Shown: in pieces, positions 11,187 to 23,700 of the stretch
How the letters are laid out: every line of letters begins with the position of its first letter
Position numbering within the stretch: the first letter of the stretch is position 1
NCBI GenBank assembly: GCA_030704615.1
Contig: CM060733.1
Location: forward strand, 48,422,001-48,486,000
Direction: 5' to 3'
DNA length: 64,000 nt
DNA from: Takakia lepidozioides
Taxonomy: Eukaryota; Plantae; Bryophyta
Made by a program: the position numbers and the translations under genes
Notes under the pieces: model-generated
What the model was told of the DNA's origin: nothing
The model's input: only the letters and a program-made list of their open reading frames with translations
Database searches by the model: none

Positions 11187-11840
11187 GAATCGTTGTATTA
11201 CAGTCACTGAACAATTGTGTCTCTTGAGTATGAGATCTCTACAATAGTGTCTCTTGAATATAAGATATGAAATGGTCTTTAACTATCGACTATCCTAGTG
11301 CATGTTACTATCCCACTAACACCTCCACTTAAGTCTAATATATCTGTTAAAGATAAAGTCTACATTAACACTTCATTGCTACTTTAACACTCGTGTAATC
11401 ATCAGTTGAGTTAAAGTCTTGAACTTTCGTACACTCCCATGAGTTGTTCTTCATCTCTTCACTTGTCACAGTTGCCTCGATACATCCTCTTCCCTTGTAG
11501 CACTTAACTACTTTCCGGGAATAGACTGTGAAATTAACTCCAAGAATTACACACTTGGAAACTGGCCCATTAGTAGGACCAAAACTTCAGGTAATATGAT
11601 CTGTGATGACTTCTATACAAGACCTGAAATGAAAATACACTCCTATTTAGAGATACAACTTTTCAAAACAACTTGTATTTCTCTGGGACTTGTTCAAAGA
11701 AACTCTCAGTTTTGATCTTTCCAGAGGGCTGTATCTGCCAAGAACTGCCAGCATTCCTTTTTGATGTGCCCCATCTTTTTGCAATAATTGCAAGGTCATT
11801 TCCTCCTCTTACCATTTGGTGTATAGACGTCTGAGGGTTG
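11081..11840 (-). mobile_element. Remnant LTR element: 3' LTR (11081-11321), PPT and Gag zinc knuckle, cut by the next Copia
   Basis: TGTTAG...CTAACA termini; PPT AAGTGGAGG (minus) at 11322-11330; CNYCKKMGHIKKECW on the minus strand at about 11748-11792; (AG)n tract inside the LTR. Confidence 0.7.
11129..11182. repeat. (AG)n microsatellite
   Basis: About 27 AG units with one interruption. Confidence 0.95.
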
Positions 11841-12280
11841 TGTTGGATTATCCACACCTGACCTGTAGCTAGCCGGCACTTTTACATGGTACCATCTAGT
11901 TGGTTCTAGCAAGTAGCAAGATTACCCTTGAATTACGATGACATGGAGTTGTGCCTGCAACTCCAACTGTATATATACTCTCGAACTCAATTTGATGTAC
12001 ACTTAGTCTGTGATTCTGTGAATGTCAACATGGTATCAGAGCCTAGCATGATTGAATAGTTTGTTGAGGTCCAAGAACGTGAGCACAGCTCCGTTCCCTC
12101 ACTTTTGCCTGTCCAAGAATACTGTAAGTGAGCTTAGCTCCTTAAAGATCATTGTGTCTAGCATAGCGTGAGCTCAGCTCCGTCACGTTCATATATTGGT
12201 CCTCGTTCACTACAAGTTTGGTTTCCTTCTTCTTTACTCAATAAATACTGATTCTTTTTCTTTCTTTTTTCACTTTCCCA

Positions 12281-15200
12281 ATGACCAGTCAAGATCCAGT
12301 CTCCGAGGTCAACAAGTTGAGTGGCCCTTTGAATTACACAACCTGGAAATTTAGACTCAATATCCTCCTTCGAGAAGACTTATGGGACATCGTTAATCAC
12401 CTCACTCGCACTAGAGCATTTGACCCTCAGAATGTTGATCAAGTTGAGAACATACGAAAGATGAGAGTGAAAGCTCTCACCACTTTGAATCTTTCTGTCA
12501 AAGACCATATCATGCCTTCCATTGCACATTTTTTGGATCCAAAAGAGAGCTGGAGGTACCTTGCTGATTTGTACATGGCTCCTAACAATGCAACTTGTTT
12601 GATGCTAAAGGACAAGCTAACTACGATCAAGCTTGGTGATTGTACGTCTGTTGCAGATTATCTTGCAAAGATCCAAGAAATTCAGTTTGAACTCATGGGC
12701 ATCGGGGATGCACTTGTTGACACAGACTTGGTCGAGAGAATGCTCAACACTCTCCCTAACATCTATAGTGGGGTTCTACAGTCCTTCAACGACAACATGC
12801 AACTACCAACTTTTGCTCAAGTTTCGAGCAGGTTGCTGCAAGAAGAGAGCAGACTCCCGTTTAGAGCCAAGGCTATGGGAGGAAGCGATAACTCCGAAGC
12901 TCTCATGGTAAGAATGAGGAACCCCACTTTCCACCATTCTGGCTACCAAAGTCGACGTCCATCTAGCGGTGAACCAAACAGATTCTTTCAAACATCAAAT
13001 GACAATCGAAGCTCTTTCCGACCAAGAACACTTGGACCGTGTAACTTCTGTGGTGAGATGGGCCACCTCATGCGGAGCTGTTCCGAGCTGGCAAAAGAAA
13101 TGGCAAGGAGAGCTAGGGAACGCCGTAATGTGCATCGTCCACAGGTTAACGCAGTGGACGTTGGACGAGACCAGAGCACCGATGAAGAAGAAGGCACATC
13201 TCTCGATCTTCTTGAATGTGGCATCAATGCCCTAGCCTTAGAGAAGGAGACAGATTGGTACGTTGATTCAGGTGCATCTAGGCACGTAGCAACAGAGAGA
13301 ACGGCCTTTCATTCGATAGCTCCCCCTGAGATCACACAGTCACATGTTAAGACTGCAGGAGGAGAACCTCATGCCATTGAGGGCAGAGGCACTGTGAATC
13401 TTGCCTTCACAAATGGGGAAATAAAGATTGATAATGTTCTTTATGTGTCAGATCTTACGAAGAATTTGCTTTCAGTTGGGTCTCTCACAGATACCGGTTT
13501 AATCTTGATCTTTAATGACAAGCAATGTTTGATTGTGAGAGACTCCAATATCATTGGCCATGGAACCCGAGACAAGACAACTGGGCTGTACATGATTACA
13601 AAAGACACTTTGCAGTAAAGGATACCAACTCAGATTTGCTCAGTCGAAGATCCTTCTTGGCTATGGCATCGTAGACTTGGACACCTTAATCCTCAAAGTG
13701 TACACTTCCTTTGTACAAAGGGCATGGCCAGTGGGATACCTCCGATTAATCTATCTTCGCACATTTGTCAGGGATGCGTGGAGGGGAAACAACATCGTGA
13801 AAGGGCTCTAAAACAAGCAACACATAGAGTTGCTCATGTATTGGAACTCGTACATTCTGACCTATGTGGTCTGTATTCTGCATCACATGGTGGGACACGG
13901 TACTTCCTAACATTCATCGATGACCACAGCCGGAAGGGATGGGTCTATTTTTTGAAGCACAAGTCTCAAGCTTTCTCTTACTTTAAGAAATTCAAAGCAC
14001 TTGTGGAGAATCTCACTGGCAGGAGAATCAAATGCCTGAGAAGCGATCGAGGAGGCGAGTACCTTTCTGAGGAATTCATGTCGTTCTGTGATGAACAGGG
14101 AATCAGAAGACAACTAACTCAATCCTACATCTCACATCAGAACGGTATTGCTGAACACAAGAATCGAACTCTAATAGAGAAAGCGAGAGCCATGGTGTAT
14201 GAAACGGGTGTGCCAAAGTATCTGTGGGCTGAAGCCCTCAACATTGCAAACCTGCTTACAAACATGTCTCCCACCAAGGCCAATCAAGGTTTGACCCAAG
14301 ACGAACGATTTCATGGTGAAAAGCCAGACTTGAGCAGATTGAGAATCTTTGGGAGCATTGCACATGTTCACATCCCTGATGAAAGGCGGAAAAAACTAGA
14401 TCCTAAATCCATTCTTTGTGTCTTGTTGGGCTACCGATGCTATCACCCCAAGACGAGAAGGATAATAATCAGCAAAGATATTTGCCTCGAAGAAGGGACC
14501 TATCTGTACTCTAGGGCAGAGGCATGGCGACTCTTGAGTGAACTTGCTGAAACGAGTGAACCTGCTGAAACATGCGATGACACATAGGGGAACATATCAC
14601 CAGGCACGGACGATCCCACTCCTTCTAATTTAAGAGCTTGTGACTCCCAACTACCTGTTGAGTCTTCTGCAGGTCCTCATGACACTCCCAACACACCACC
14701 TCGAAGTCTATCTTTGGACAACTCTGTTAATTGCAAGAAAACTTGCCTCCTGAAGAACGGCCTACTGTACCCATTATTCCTCCACGTTCCAGGGCACCAT
14801 CAACCAAGCTTAAAGACCATTTTATCTTCAATGTCGATTTGGACCTCAATACCTTTGCCGAGCCTACAACTTTCTCTGAAGCAGCTTCAAATTCTAGTTG
14901 GGTCCAAGCCATGGAGGAGGAGATGACATCAATACATGACAATGATACATGGACACCCACAGATTTACCACCTGATAAAAAACCTATTGATACTAAGTGG
15001 GTGTATAAGGTTAAGGTGGGCTCTGATGACAAAGTAGTCAAGCTCAAGGCAAGACTCGTTGCCAAAGGATATGAACAAACAGCAGGACTTGACTACAATG
15101 AGACATTCGCCCCTGTAGCAAAATGGAGCACCATCCGATGTATGGTTGCTTTAGCTGCAAGCCAAAACTGGAACATCCTACACATGGATGTTAAAACTGC

Positions 15201-16917
15201 GTTTCTTCATGGAGACCTAGAAGAGGATGTATCACTACAACAGATTGCGGTAATTATGACTGCCAAACCGTGGTAGTCATGGTTTTCTTGACTTTGACCA
15301 TGACTGTACCATGTTTTTATATGAAATTGACCTCCCGTAGTCGTTCATATGACTGTAGTCATATAAATGACTATCTAAGTAGTCGTCTGTATGACTACAT
15401 GGCTCCGGAATAGGCGGAAGACTAGTCAACGACAATTGACCAGATTTAGCTCACCACTGATAGTCATTTTCCATGACTATAATGTACATGGATGAGGTTA
15501 CATAGTCATAATGACTATTGGGGATTTTGTAATTTGCTGTGTATAATACAATTAAAACACTATATGATCACATGAATGACTAATGGGTGTATTGGTTAGC
15601 AAGTAGTGAACTATAACTCTTATAGTAAAGAGGTTGGAGATTCAAACTCTTCTAAGTACAATCAACTGGATAAGATGGCCCTAGTGTTAGTAGGCGAGCT
15701 AGGGATAGCACGTGACATCTTAGATGGGCTGCCACGTGGTTTTTTTTATATATTATAAAATGCATTATGCCACGTGGCACAACGCGGTACGATGCGGCGT
15801 CTGACATTTAATTTTTAATTTTTAATTTTTTTTAATCAATTGCGCCTCGCCACGTGGCGCGACAGCGGCGACTACAGCATGGTATATATGACTGCAGTGA
15901 GAGATATCACTTGGTTTATATATACCATCCTGTATTCATTGTATTCACTTGGTTTGCACGACTTATAGTCATAGAAGTCCTATGTACCATTTATGACTGC
16001 AGAATAGTCATATATATAGTCATAAATACCGCGATCTGTTGTAGTGTCTACATTCTTCAACCACAAGGCTTCACTGTGGTAGGTGTTGAGCGTAAAGTTT
16101 GCAAGCTTCACGAGGCCTTGTATGGCCTCAAACAGGCCTCGCGAGCTTGGTACACGAAGATGGACACCTATCTTCATTCGCAAGGTTTGACAAATTGTCA
16201 TTCAGATCCTAATTTGTACTTTCTCTTGGAAGATGGCAAAACCCTCATCTTTGTCCTCTATGTAGATGACCTCCTTATTACTGGCAGCCATACCTCGAAA
16301 ATTGCATGGCTCCGTGATCAACTCTCCAAATACTTCACCATGTCCTTATTAGGTCATTCACAATATTACATTGGTGCTGCTTTTATCCGTGGTTCATGGG
16401 GCATAATCATGTCTCACAACTGTTCATTCTCCAGCGCTTAACCGATCTAGATCTTGCTGATTGCTATACTTCTCATCCCCCTCGTCCTGAAGGCATCAAG
16501 TTGTCTGTTGACATGGATGCACCTCTTGTCGATCCCACTACCTATAGACGCATGGTTGGGAAACTCCTCTATATCACTCATACACGCCCAGATATCTCTT
16601 TTGCTGTGGGGTTAGTTTCCAGATTTATGCAAGCTCCTCAGAGACCTCATCTTGATGCTGCAAAGCATATCTTCCGGTACATTAAAAGAACACAAGATTT
16701 GGTAGTCGATCTTGTACCGTAAGGGAGTAGAACCAAGTACACTCGGTTATGTCGACACAGACTATGCTGGGGACCTTGAGGAACGCAAATCAACCTCTGG
16801 ATATGTTTTCACAGACCAAATTGCTGACATCCTCACCAAGCCACTGGGGCGAGTTCAATTTCAACGACTGCGAGACAAACTCAATCTGGTGGATCTATCG
16901 GAGCTTGAAACGAGTTA
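12281..16917 (+). pseudogene. Copia gag-pol with stops, frameshifts, a CACTA insertion and an RNase H deletion
   Basis: Zinc knuckle CNFCGEMGHLMRSC, protease WYVDSGASRH, integrase (VHSDLCG, SDRGGEY, QNGIAE), RT (MDVKTAFLHG, LYVDDLL); RNase H collapsed to STSGYVF|TDQIADILTK. Confidence 0.92.
15233..16046. mobile_element. Non-autonomous CACTA (En/Spm) element, 814 bp, inserted in Copia RT
   Basis: 29-bp TIRs CACTACAACAGAT(T/C)GCGGTA(A/T)TTATGACT; 3-bp TSD TAT/TCT (one mismatch); dense ATGACT/AGTCAT subterminal repeats; RT resumes at EEDV|YILQPQGF. Confidence 0.93.
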
Positions 16918-17581
16918 ATCTTCATTCCTAGGTACGATGATGCTGTACATGTGTGTGCCTCTGCCAATTCGTATAAAATTCCAAAGGCCAGGAGCAACGT
17001 CCAAAGAAGGAGCATGAGGGACTCCCATGTAAATAACAATTGTGCATAAAATCTGTACATACCTCCTGTAGCAATCCATTTTGACTGAGACATCCAGAAG
17101 GGGATTAATCTTTGGCAACGTCTAAGAAATGAGGTTAGGTGCGAGGGGAGGTGTTGGATTATCCACACCTGACCTGTAGCTAGCCGGCAGTTTTACATGG
17201 TATGTCAAGTTAAATAAACACAGTGTGAAACTAACTAGAATAAAACTAGTTATTTGTATTTAACACTTGGATTTAGTTCAAGTGTTAAGTAAGGTGTCAA
17301 GTTTGAGCTTGTCACCTGAACCATCTTATCTTCACGAGAGCGTCAGTCGCGCAGCTCATCTCTCTCGAGTTGAGCCTGCGCGACCGAGCTCCTTCACGCT
17401 TTAGAATCTGAGTGTGCTTATGTAGGGAGTATAGGTTGTTGTGGGGTGGAGTCCCCATAGCTTGGGGTGCCCCTGGCTCGACTATTATCTTAAAGAGTGA
17501 TGCTGCTGGATTCATGTTGTTTCTTGTGTGAACAGTGTGTTCTTAGCTTTCTTATCACTCGAGAGAGATGAACAGAGATAT

Positions 17582-17881
17582 GTCAACACAGTGAAACTGA
17601 AAGATGGGCGGTCATTGTCTACAGACATTGTGGTAGTGGGCGTAGGCGCGAGACCACTCATAGCCCTTTTGAAGGAGCAGTTGGCTGTTGAGAAGGGAGG
17701 TTTCAAGGTTGATGGGTTCTTCAAAACAAGTGCTCCAGATCTCTATGCCGTTGGTGATGTTGCCACCCTCCCCCTGAAGCTGTTCGGTGACCTGCGCAGA
17801 GTAGAGCACGTTGATCATGCTCGCAAATCAACTATTCAAGCTGTTCAGGCTATCAAGGCAGCTGAGGAAGGGAAGACTATT
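17582..17881 (+). pseudogene. MDHAR: Internal intronless fragment of monodehydroascorbate reductase
   Basis: VKLKDGRSLSTDIVVVGVGARPL..EKGGFKVDGFFKTS..YAVGDVATLPLKLFGDLRRVEHVDHARKS..QAVQAIKAAEEGKTI is the conserved plant MDHAR segment. Confidence 0.88.
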
Positions 17882-17887
17882 GCTAAA

Positions 17888-17971
17888 GGTGGGCTGGACC
17901 TGCTGTTTGGGTCTAAGAAGAAACACGAGGTTGATGTGAGCCTCACCAATGGCCACGCCAAGTTGACAGTG
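17888..17971 (+). pseudogene. URM1: Short fragment resembling ubiquitin-related modifier 1, fused in frame to the MDHAR piece
   Basis: GGLDLLFGSKKKHEVDV resembles the URM1 N-terminus (GGG-ELLF--KKH-V). Confidence 0.6.
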
Positions 17972-18590
17972 GAATGCTGCTGGTTTGGATTCGTGACATT
18001 CATTTCCAGGTGACGGGCGTGAGAGAGAGAGAGATACAGACACATGGCTGCGCAGAGCTTGCATGCCCGTACCTCGCCTCTCCGTCTTGGGGTTGCCTGC
18101 TCCTCGCTGCTTTCATGTGATGTAAGGCTCTTGTTTCTGTCCAAAATGCGGAGAAGATGAGATTGTGGTGAAGCCTGATATATTAGATCGAGCAAATTGT
18201 GTTTGGTTTGGCCAAGAGCTTGTCTTGATAAGGCAAGACTTCAGAAAATTGTGCGCATGTGCTGGCAAAGATGGCCATTGTAGACCATGCCCAGGGGAAA
18301 GCTCTGGGTAGAACAGGCGAAGGGTCCAAATTTGAAGATACCTGTACACGTACTGAAAGTAGACCAGGCCGCCTTCAAATGGACGACTCTTTATCTGAGA
18401 ATGGTCATGCGTATGACAACAGAAAGTTGCATCAACAGGGCTGTTGCCGGTGAGACAGGTGCTGAGTAGTTGTCCAGAGCCTCTGTGGGGGTGAATGTAT
18501 TGGAATGGGACAATGCTGTGCTGCCTAGCTTCCCCAGTTGGGCTTCCGTCAGTTGCTGGTTCAACCACCTGCACCCAATACCAGGAACAC

Positions 18591-18887
18591 CTCTTCCTTT
18601 TTCTCTTCCTCCTTGGAGGCAGCTTCTACTGCAACCCCACTTCCGGCAGCGGGTGCACTGCTCACAGCCACAGCGCCGCCACCTCCTGATCCAACATTGA
18701 TGATGAGGTCATCAACACTTCTCTTCTCCAATAGCTTGGCGAACAGAGCGGGCCAGTAAGTCTCCACTTGCACATTGGCGGCCTTCACTAGCGTTGCAAT
18801 CTTGTCGGCAGTGATGGGAATGCCGTCATCATGTAAAATCAGAGCAGCGTAAGTGCAGGCAAGCTCGTTGTGCGCCACAGCGGCCAT
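18591..18887 (-). pseudogene. RPP1: 60S acidic ribosomal protein P1, intronless and lacking the C-terminal SDDDMGFxLFD tail
   Basis: [59 protein letters not shown]; no terminal exon found downstream. Confidence 0.85.
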
Positions 18888-20721
18888 CGCTTCTCAACAA
18901 GACGCCGCACTCGAGAATCCAGACAAAGAGAATCCAGAGAGCAGGGGCTGCCAAGCGTGTGCCTGCGAAGGAGGATCCCAGCACTGCAACCTCTGTTGGT
19001 AGATTGCAATTCCACCATTTCGGGCACTTATAGGGCATGGTATTTTGACCTTGTTGGGAACCTGCAGTGAATCGCAAAAAAAAAACGTGGGAACAGTTTT
19101 TAATGGCAAGAACGTTTTGGTGTTAAAAAAAAAAAAAACCTTTTGATCTAATTTAAATGATTTAGAGCCTAATTGGTCATAACTTTGTCAGATGGACTTC
19201 GTTTGACTCAGTTTTTGGGGGGATAGTTGCAGAAAGGGGAAATCTACCTATCTAGACTTTTTGGGACTCTGCTAAAAATCTATGGAATTTTTTGAGTGTG
19301 AGTGTGCTATGAAAGATCCACAATTCTGTTTCTAGAACCTGTTGTGGTCTACATGAGAGACAAATCTGTGGATGTCCTCCTTGTATGGCTGGGGGAAATG
19401 AGGACGTAATTGAAGGGTAGGTCTCTTCTCTTTAGCCTGTGCACCCAAGGGGACAAGATTTATGTTTCCCAAGGAACTCAGACTGATTTGAGTGGAGAAC
19501 AGTTGGACGAGTTGATTGCATACTGGGAGTCAGGCATTAGCAGTAGACAACAAACTGCTGTAGATGGCGTTGAGGGCCTCAATATTGCTTTGGACAGTCA
19601 GAACTTTGACTCCTGGGCGTTCAAAATTGCACTGGCAAGTTTTTTTGAGCAGCATTTGTGGGGTTCTTTCAATCTGGAGCCAGCAGTTCTGCAGCTGTAG
19701 GTGAAATACCAAAGTGGGTGAAAGCTAGGCTTGGAACACAGCCAAAGACAGCCCTAGGGACTAAGGTGTTCAGCCACAAGGCCGTGGTGTACTGGAGCAG
19801 AGGAGCAGGAGCTACACAAATTTGTGCAATCAGACATGGTTGCAGCCGGACACGCTCTGCACAAGGCAACCATGAGCGGGGGTTCATTGGCAATGACAAG
19901 TTTGTTTTGCTTGAAGGAGATGCAGTCATTCGCAATGAGGACATCCGCAACCGTCTCAAAGCTTTCGAGTTAAGAGACTGTCACACCCTACCTTTATTTT
20001 CTTTAGTGTTCAGTGAGTGGGAGATAGGGGAGTATTGCTTTGTCTCTACCTGGCAGAAAGAGGAGGAGGGTTGGTTAGAGCGAGCTATTGTAGCTTGGGA
20101 CAAGGTTAGTGGCACGTTTCTGGACATAGATATACCGCCTACACCTTTACCATAATGCAGAGCGAGGCATTTTGAGAGAAGTCTGGCAATTGATAGCATA
20201 GATCAGGATTAGATCTTGCTTGGTCGGGCTTCTATTCTTCCCCTCCATCTCTTTACTATTTTCATTACTTTGTACTTGTAGTTGCCAAAGCCTCTCTTGG
20301 TGGAGGCCAATCAGTCCGGGGTTTTGGGCTGGGATATTCTGCAGGATCAGCATTGCAGCTGGATTTTGGTGTGGGGGTGTTGATGTTTTGATTTCTTGTG
20401 TTTGGATCCCCCCCAACACCTGCATGCTTGACTGTGCGCCATGTTGGTTTTGTGTGGGCGCTTGCTTTCATAGGGATTAGGCCGGATTTGATCACCGGTC
20501 AATCCTAGAATATGCTGTCGGTGGTGAGGCTGGAGTGATGACCAGCAAGACCACCAGTGTTTCTTCTATGGTGAGACTGGGTTGATGACCAGCCAACCAT
20601 AGGAGTTCTTGCGGTGGATGCAGGTGTAGGTGCCCTGAGCCACTGGGATATGACCCTTAAACTACAACAGGTGCTCACCCGTGTCACCATTAGAAATAGT
20701 ACTAGAGCCTTATAGTGTCAC

Positions 20722-23700
20722 GTGGGGGAGGTGCACATTGTGAGTGTCATCACGGAGTTACCCAGGGGTTCTGAGGGGAGTACGGCTACAGGCAGTAGCA
20801 GTGAGAGTGGGTTCACCAGACGAGGTGTTCGTTTCAGACCACCTTCACCTCCATCCTCAACTAGTGCAGAGTCAGACACAGACTCGGAGGCTTCATCAAC
20901 AGGTGTGCAGTTTCATTCGCCATTGTTGTGGGACGACATGGAGGAGATATATGGAGCTACCAAGGGGCCTCGTAGGTACTCTGGAGCTGTGGGCACAATT
21001 GAGCTAGATGACTTTATCCAGGAGTTCGACAGCTGGTGTGATTTGCAGCAGATGCGCAATCCACAGCTGTTCACCCCATTCATGGCGTGGAAGGGACTGT
21101 TCCAGCATTTGGAAGGCCCGCCTATGGACGATTACCACGAGTTCAGGCGAGGACATGAAGTAGAGATTGAGGAGTGGAGGATGTATTGGTCACCTGACTA
21201 CGTTTCCATTACTCGAGGCACGACGCGACCAGTAGCTGCATCAGTACCAATATCTCCCACTGCCAGTACTAGTAGTGGAACAAGTAGTGCCGGTACTTCT
21301 GCAGGTGGTACCAGTTCAAAAGGTGCTACTACTCCTCCTGCCATGACTACAACACATGTGCCTAGATTCAACCCGGTGGTGGAATTCTTCCAGGAGTTGC
21401 GGAGGAACTACCAAGGTGTACGGACAGAGAAGCTGCGAAGTTTGCAAGACTTCTAGCGCAAACCCAGTGAGAGCTTGCGAGAGTCGTATGAGGCGCTTGA
21501 TAAGTGTGACCCAAGGGGTTACTGAAGCTCAGGCAATCCAGTTCTGGTATGGAATTTTGGACAAGGAGCTTAGGAGAAGGGTGCGGGATGCAACCCTGTT
21601 ACAAGCAGCCCAACCCACATTAGCAGATGTGTTTCTGCTGGCTGAGCTGATTGAGCTCAACATGATGGAGGAGCGAGTTGTTACCATTGGATTTGGCAAG
21701 GACATGCCTGCACGAGGCGCAGCTGCCAGTCCACAGGCACAAGGGATTGCCCAACAGCATGGTCAGGGGGGCAAGGTTTCCCAACCCAAGTTCCATGGAG
21801 CTTACAGGGGACCTCAGGTGCAGAGGCCCGTGACATCTTTTGCAGGCCAACAGCAACCAGGGGTGATATGTTGGACATGTGGAGGACCCCATGTCAAGAG
21901 AGATTGCCCAGAGAGTGGCAGAAGGTCGGCACAAGCACAGCCTGCACAGTTGCAGTGTGGGCATTGTGGCAAGTATGGGCATGGAGATGCCCAGTGTTAT
22001 GACTTGCATCCTGAGTTGCGCCCAGGCCAGTTCCAAGGGAACAATGGTGGCCGGGGGCGAGGTGGACCAGCCCAGAGAGGACGAGGTGGTCGGGCACGAG
22101 GTGCAAGCCAAGGGCAAGCTCAACATGGCCAAGGACGCGGAGGTCAGGGTGTTGACCAAGGCATGGCCAACCGGCTTCAGCAGCTAGAGCAGAGGCTCGC
22201 TGCCATGGCTACAGCTCAGGTGGTACCGGCTCCCAGGCGGGATGGTCCCCCTCCTGCTCCTGAGGGAGGAGATATAGGAGGCATGGGATTCATGTGCGAA
22301 GCAGCACTATCACTAGTGCAGGTGGAGTCTGCTGCAGCCGTGACTCGAGGAGCAGCACGAGTTCCTGAGCCACGAGGTGCAGAGGTGGAATTGGATCCAC
22401 AGCGTGGGGAGGCAAGCCGTCAGGCGAGGCTTCTTTGGTCATTCACATTGGCGGAGACAATGTCGACGCCATCCATGGCACCTAGTTCTCGCCCGACTGT
22501 TACCGAGGCGGAGGTTACTATGCCATTGGGGAGAGCTACACGTGCAGCACTGACACCTGCTACCAAGGCTAGTGCAGCCGGTGTGTTATTGGGGGCAGCC
22601 ACCTCTGTGTGGCAAGCCCCACTGTTCTTGGCAACCATGATTGTGACGCCAGGGGTAAGACCAGCTGCAGTGTTCAGACTAGCAGCAACACTCTGCGAGA
22701 GTGGGGAGGTCACTTCATCTTCTGCGGAGTTATTGGAAGGTGTAGTGGCAGAGGGATCCTCGGATTTGAGGGTCAAGACTGCCACGGCTGCGCCATGGCA
22801 AGCTGCAGCTGCCAGGTTGATGGAGCTGCCAGCTAGGCCAGCCTTTGAGCCCGCCATGGTGACACCTGGAGTTGTCTTGTTAGACAACCAGGGAGGCATT
22901 TTCACTTTGAGTGGACCGACATGCAAGAAGTACCGGCCACTGCGGGTCTTTTTGGACTCAGGAGCTCAGCCACTGATGTTGGGCAGAGCTGCTATTGCAG
23001 GTTTGGGCCTCATGGAGGCGGATATGGAGCCTTGTCCTTTCCAGATACAGACATCTCTGGGAGGATCAGAGCAGGCTCGGGGCATGACACGGCGTGAGTT
23101 GGCCATTGGACTACAACCAGATCCACCTGTAGATGGCTCAGTGATGCGAGCCAAGGCCATTGTGACAGACGCGGTCTCTTACGATGTCCTTGTTGGTGGG
23201 GCAGTGTTATATCCCATGGGCTTCACCCTGGACTTTTGGGAGGAGTCAGCATCCTACAGGCCTGGATGGCAGTCAGGGGATGGTCGTCGTGCACAGCTCC
23301 CTGTGACATTCATTGGGGGTATTGCGGCTGCCCAGCGGGGCAAGATGCCAACACTAGCCGCCTTTACAGCTGCAGTTAGTTGGCCTGGAGAGTTGCTGGA
23401 AGGCAATGCCCATGCAGAGGATGTGCCACCTCCAGCAGAGCAGGATGACATGCATGGTACGGCGGAATTGCCTGCCATGGTTGCTCACACTCCATTATGG
23501 GGTACGAGCAAGGATTTGCAGCAGGCTGCTGATGGACGGGTACAACAAGCCTGGGTAGAGGCCTTCATACCGTCAGGAGAAGAGGAGAGTGCGGTGATTG
23601 CACCAGGACCACCTCAGTTGTCGCCATTGGACACCACACCTCTTGTGTGGCAGTGCCCGGATGAAGGCATATGCCTTCTGGACTTGTTTGGCGGGATCAG

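Larger units (their letters stand above)
11841..17202 (+). mobile_element. Ty1/Copia LTR retrotransposon, decayed, 3' LTR truncated
   Basis: 5' LTR 11841-12030 (TGTTG..CAACA), PBS TGGTATCAGAGC 12031-12042, PPT gcgaggggagg, and a 3' LTR matching only over 17152-17202. Confidence 0.95.

Noticed and set aside
20680-20735. Candidate LTR end and PBS of the DNMT-Gypsy (..gtgtca c gtgggggag)
   Set aside because: No second LTR in the window and no clear tRNA or self-priming match, so boundaries cannot be supported.
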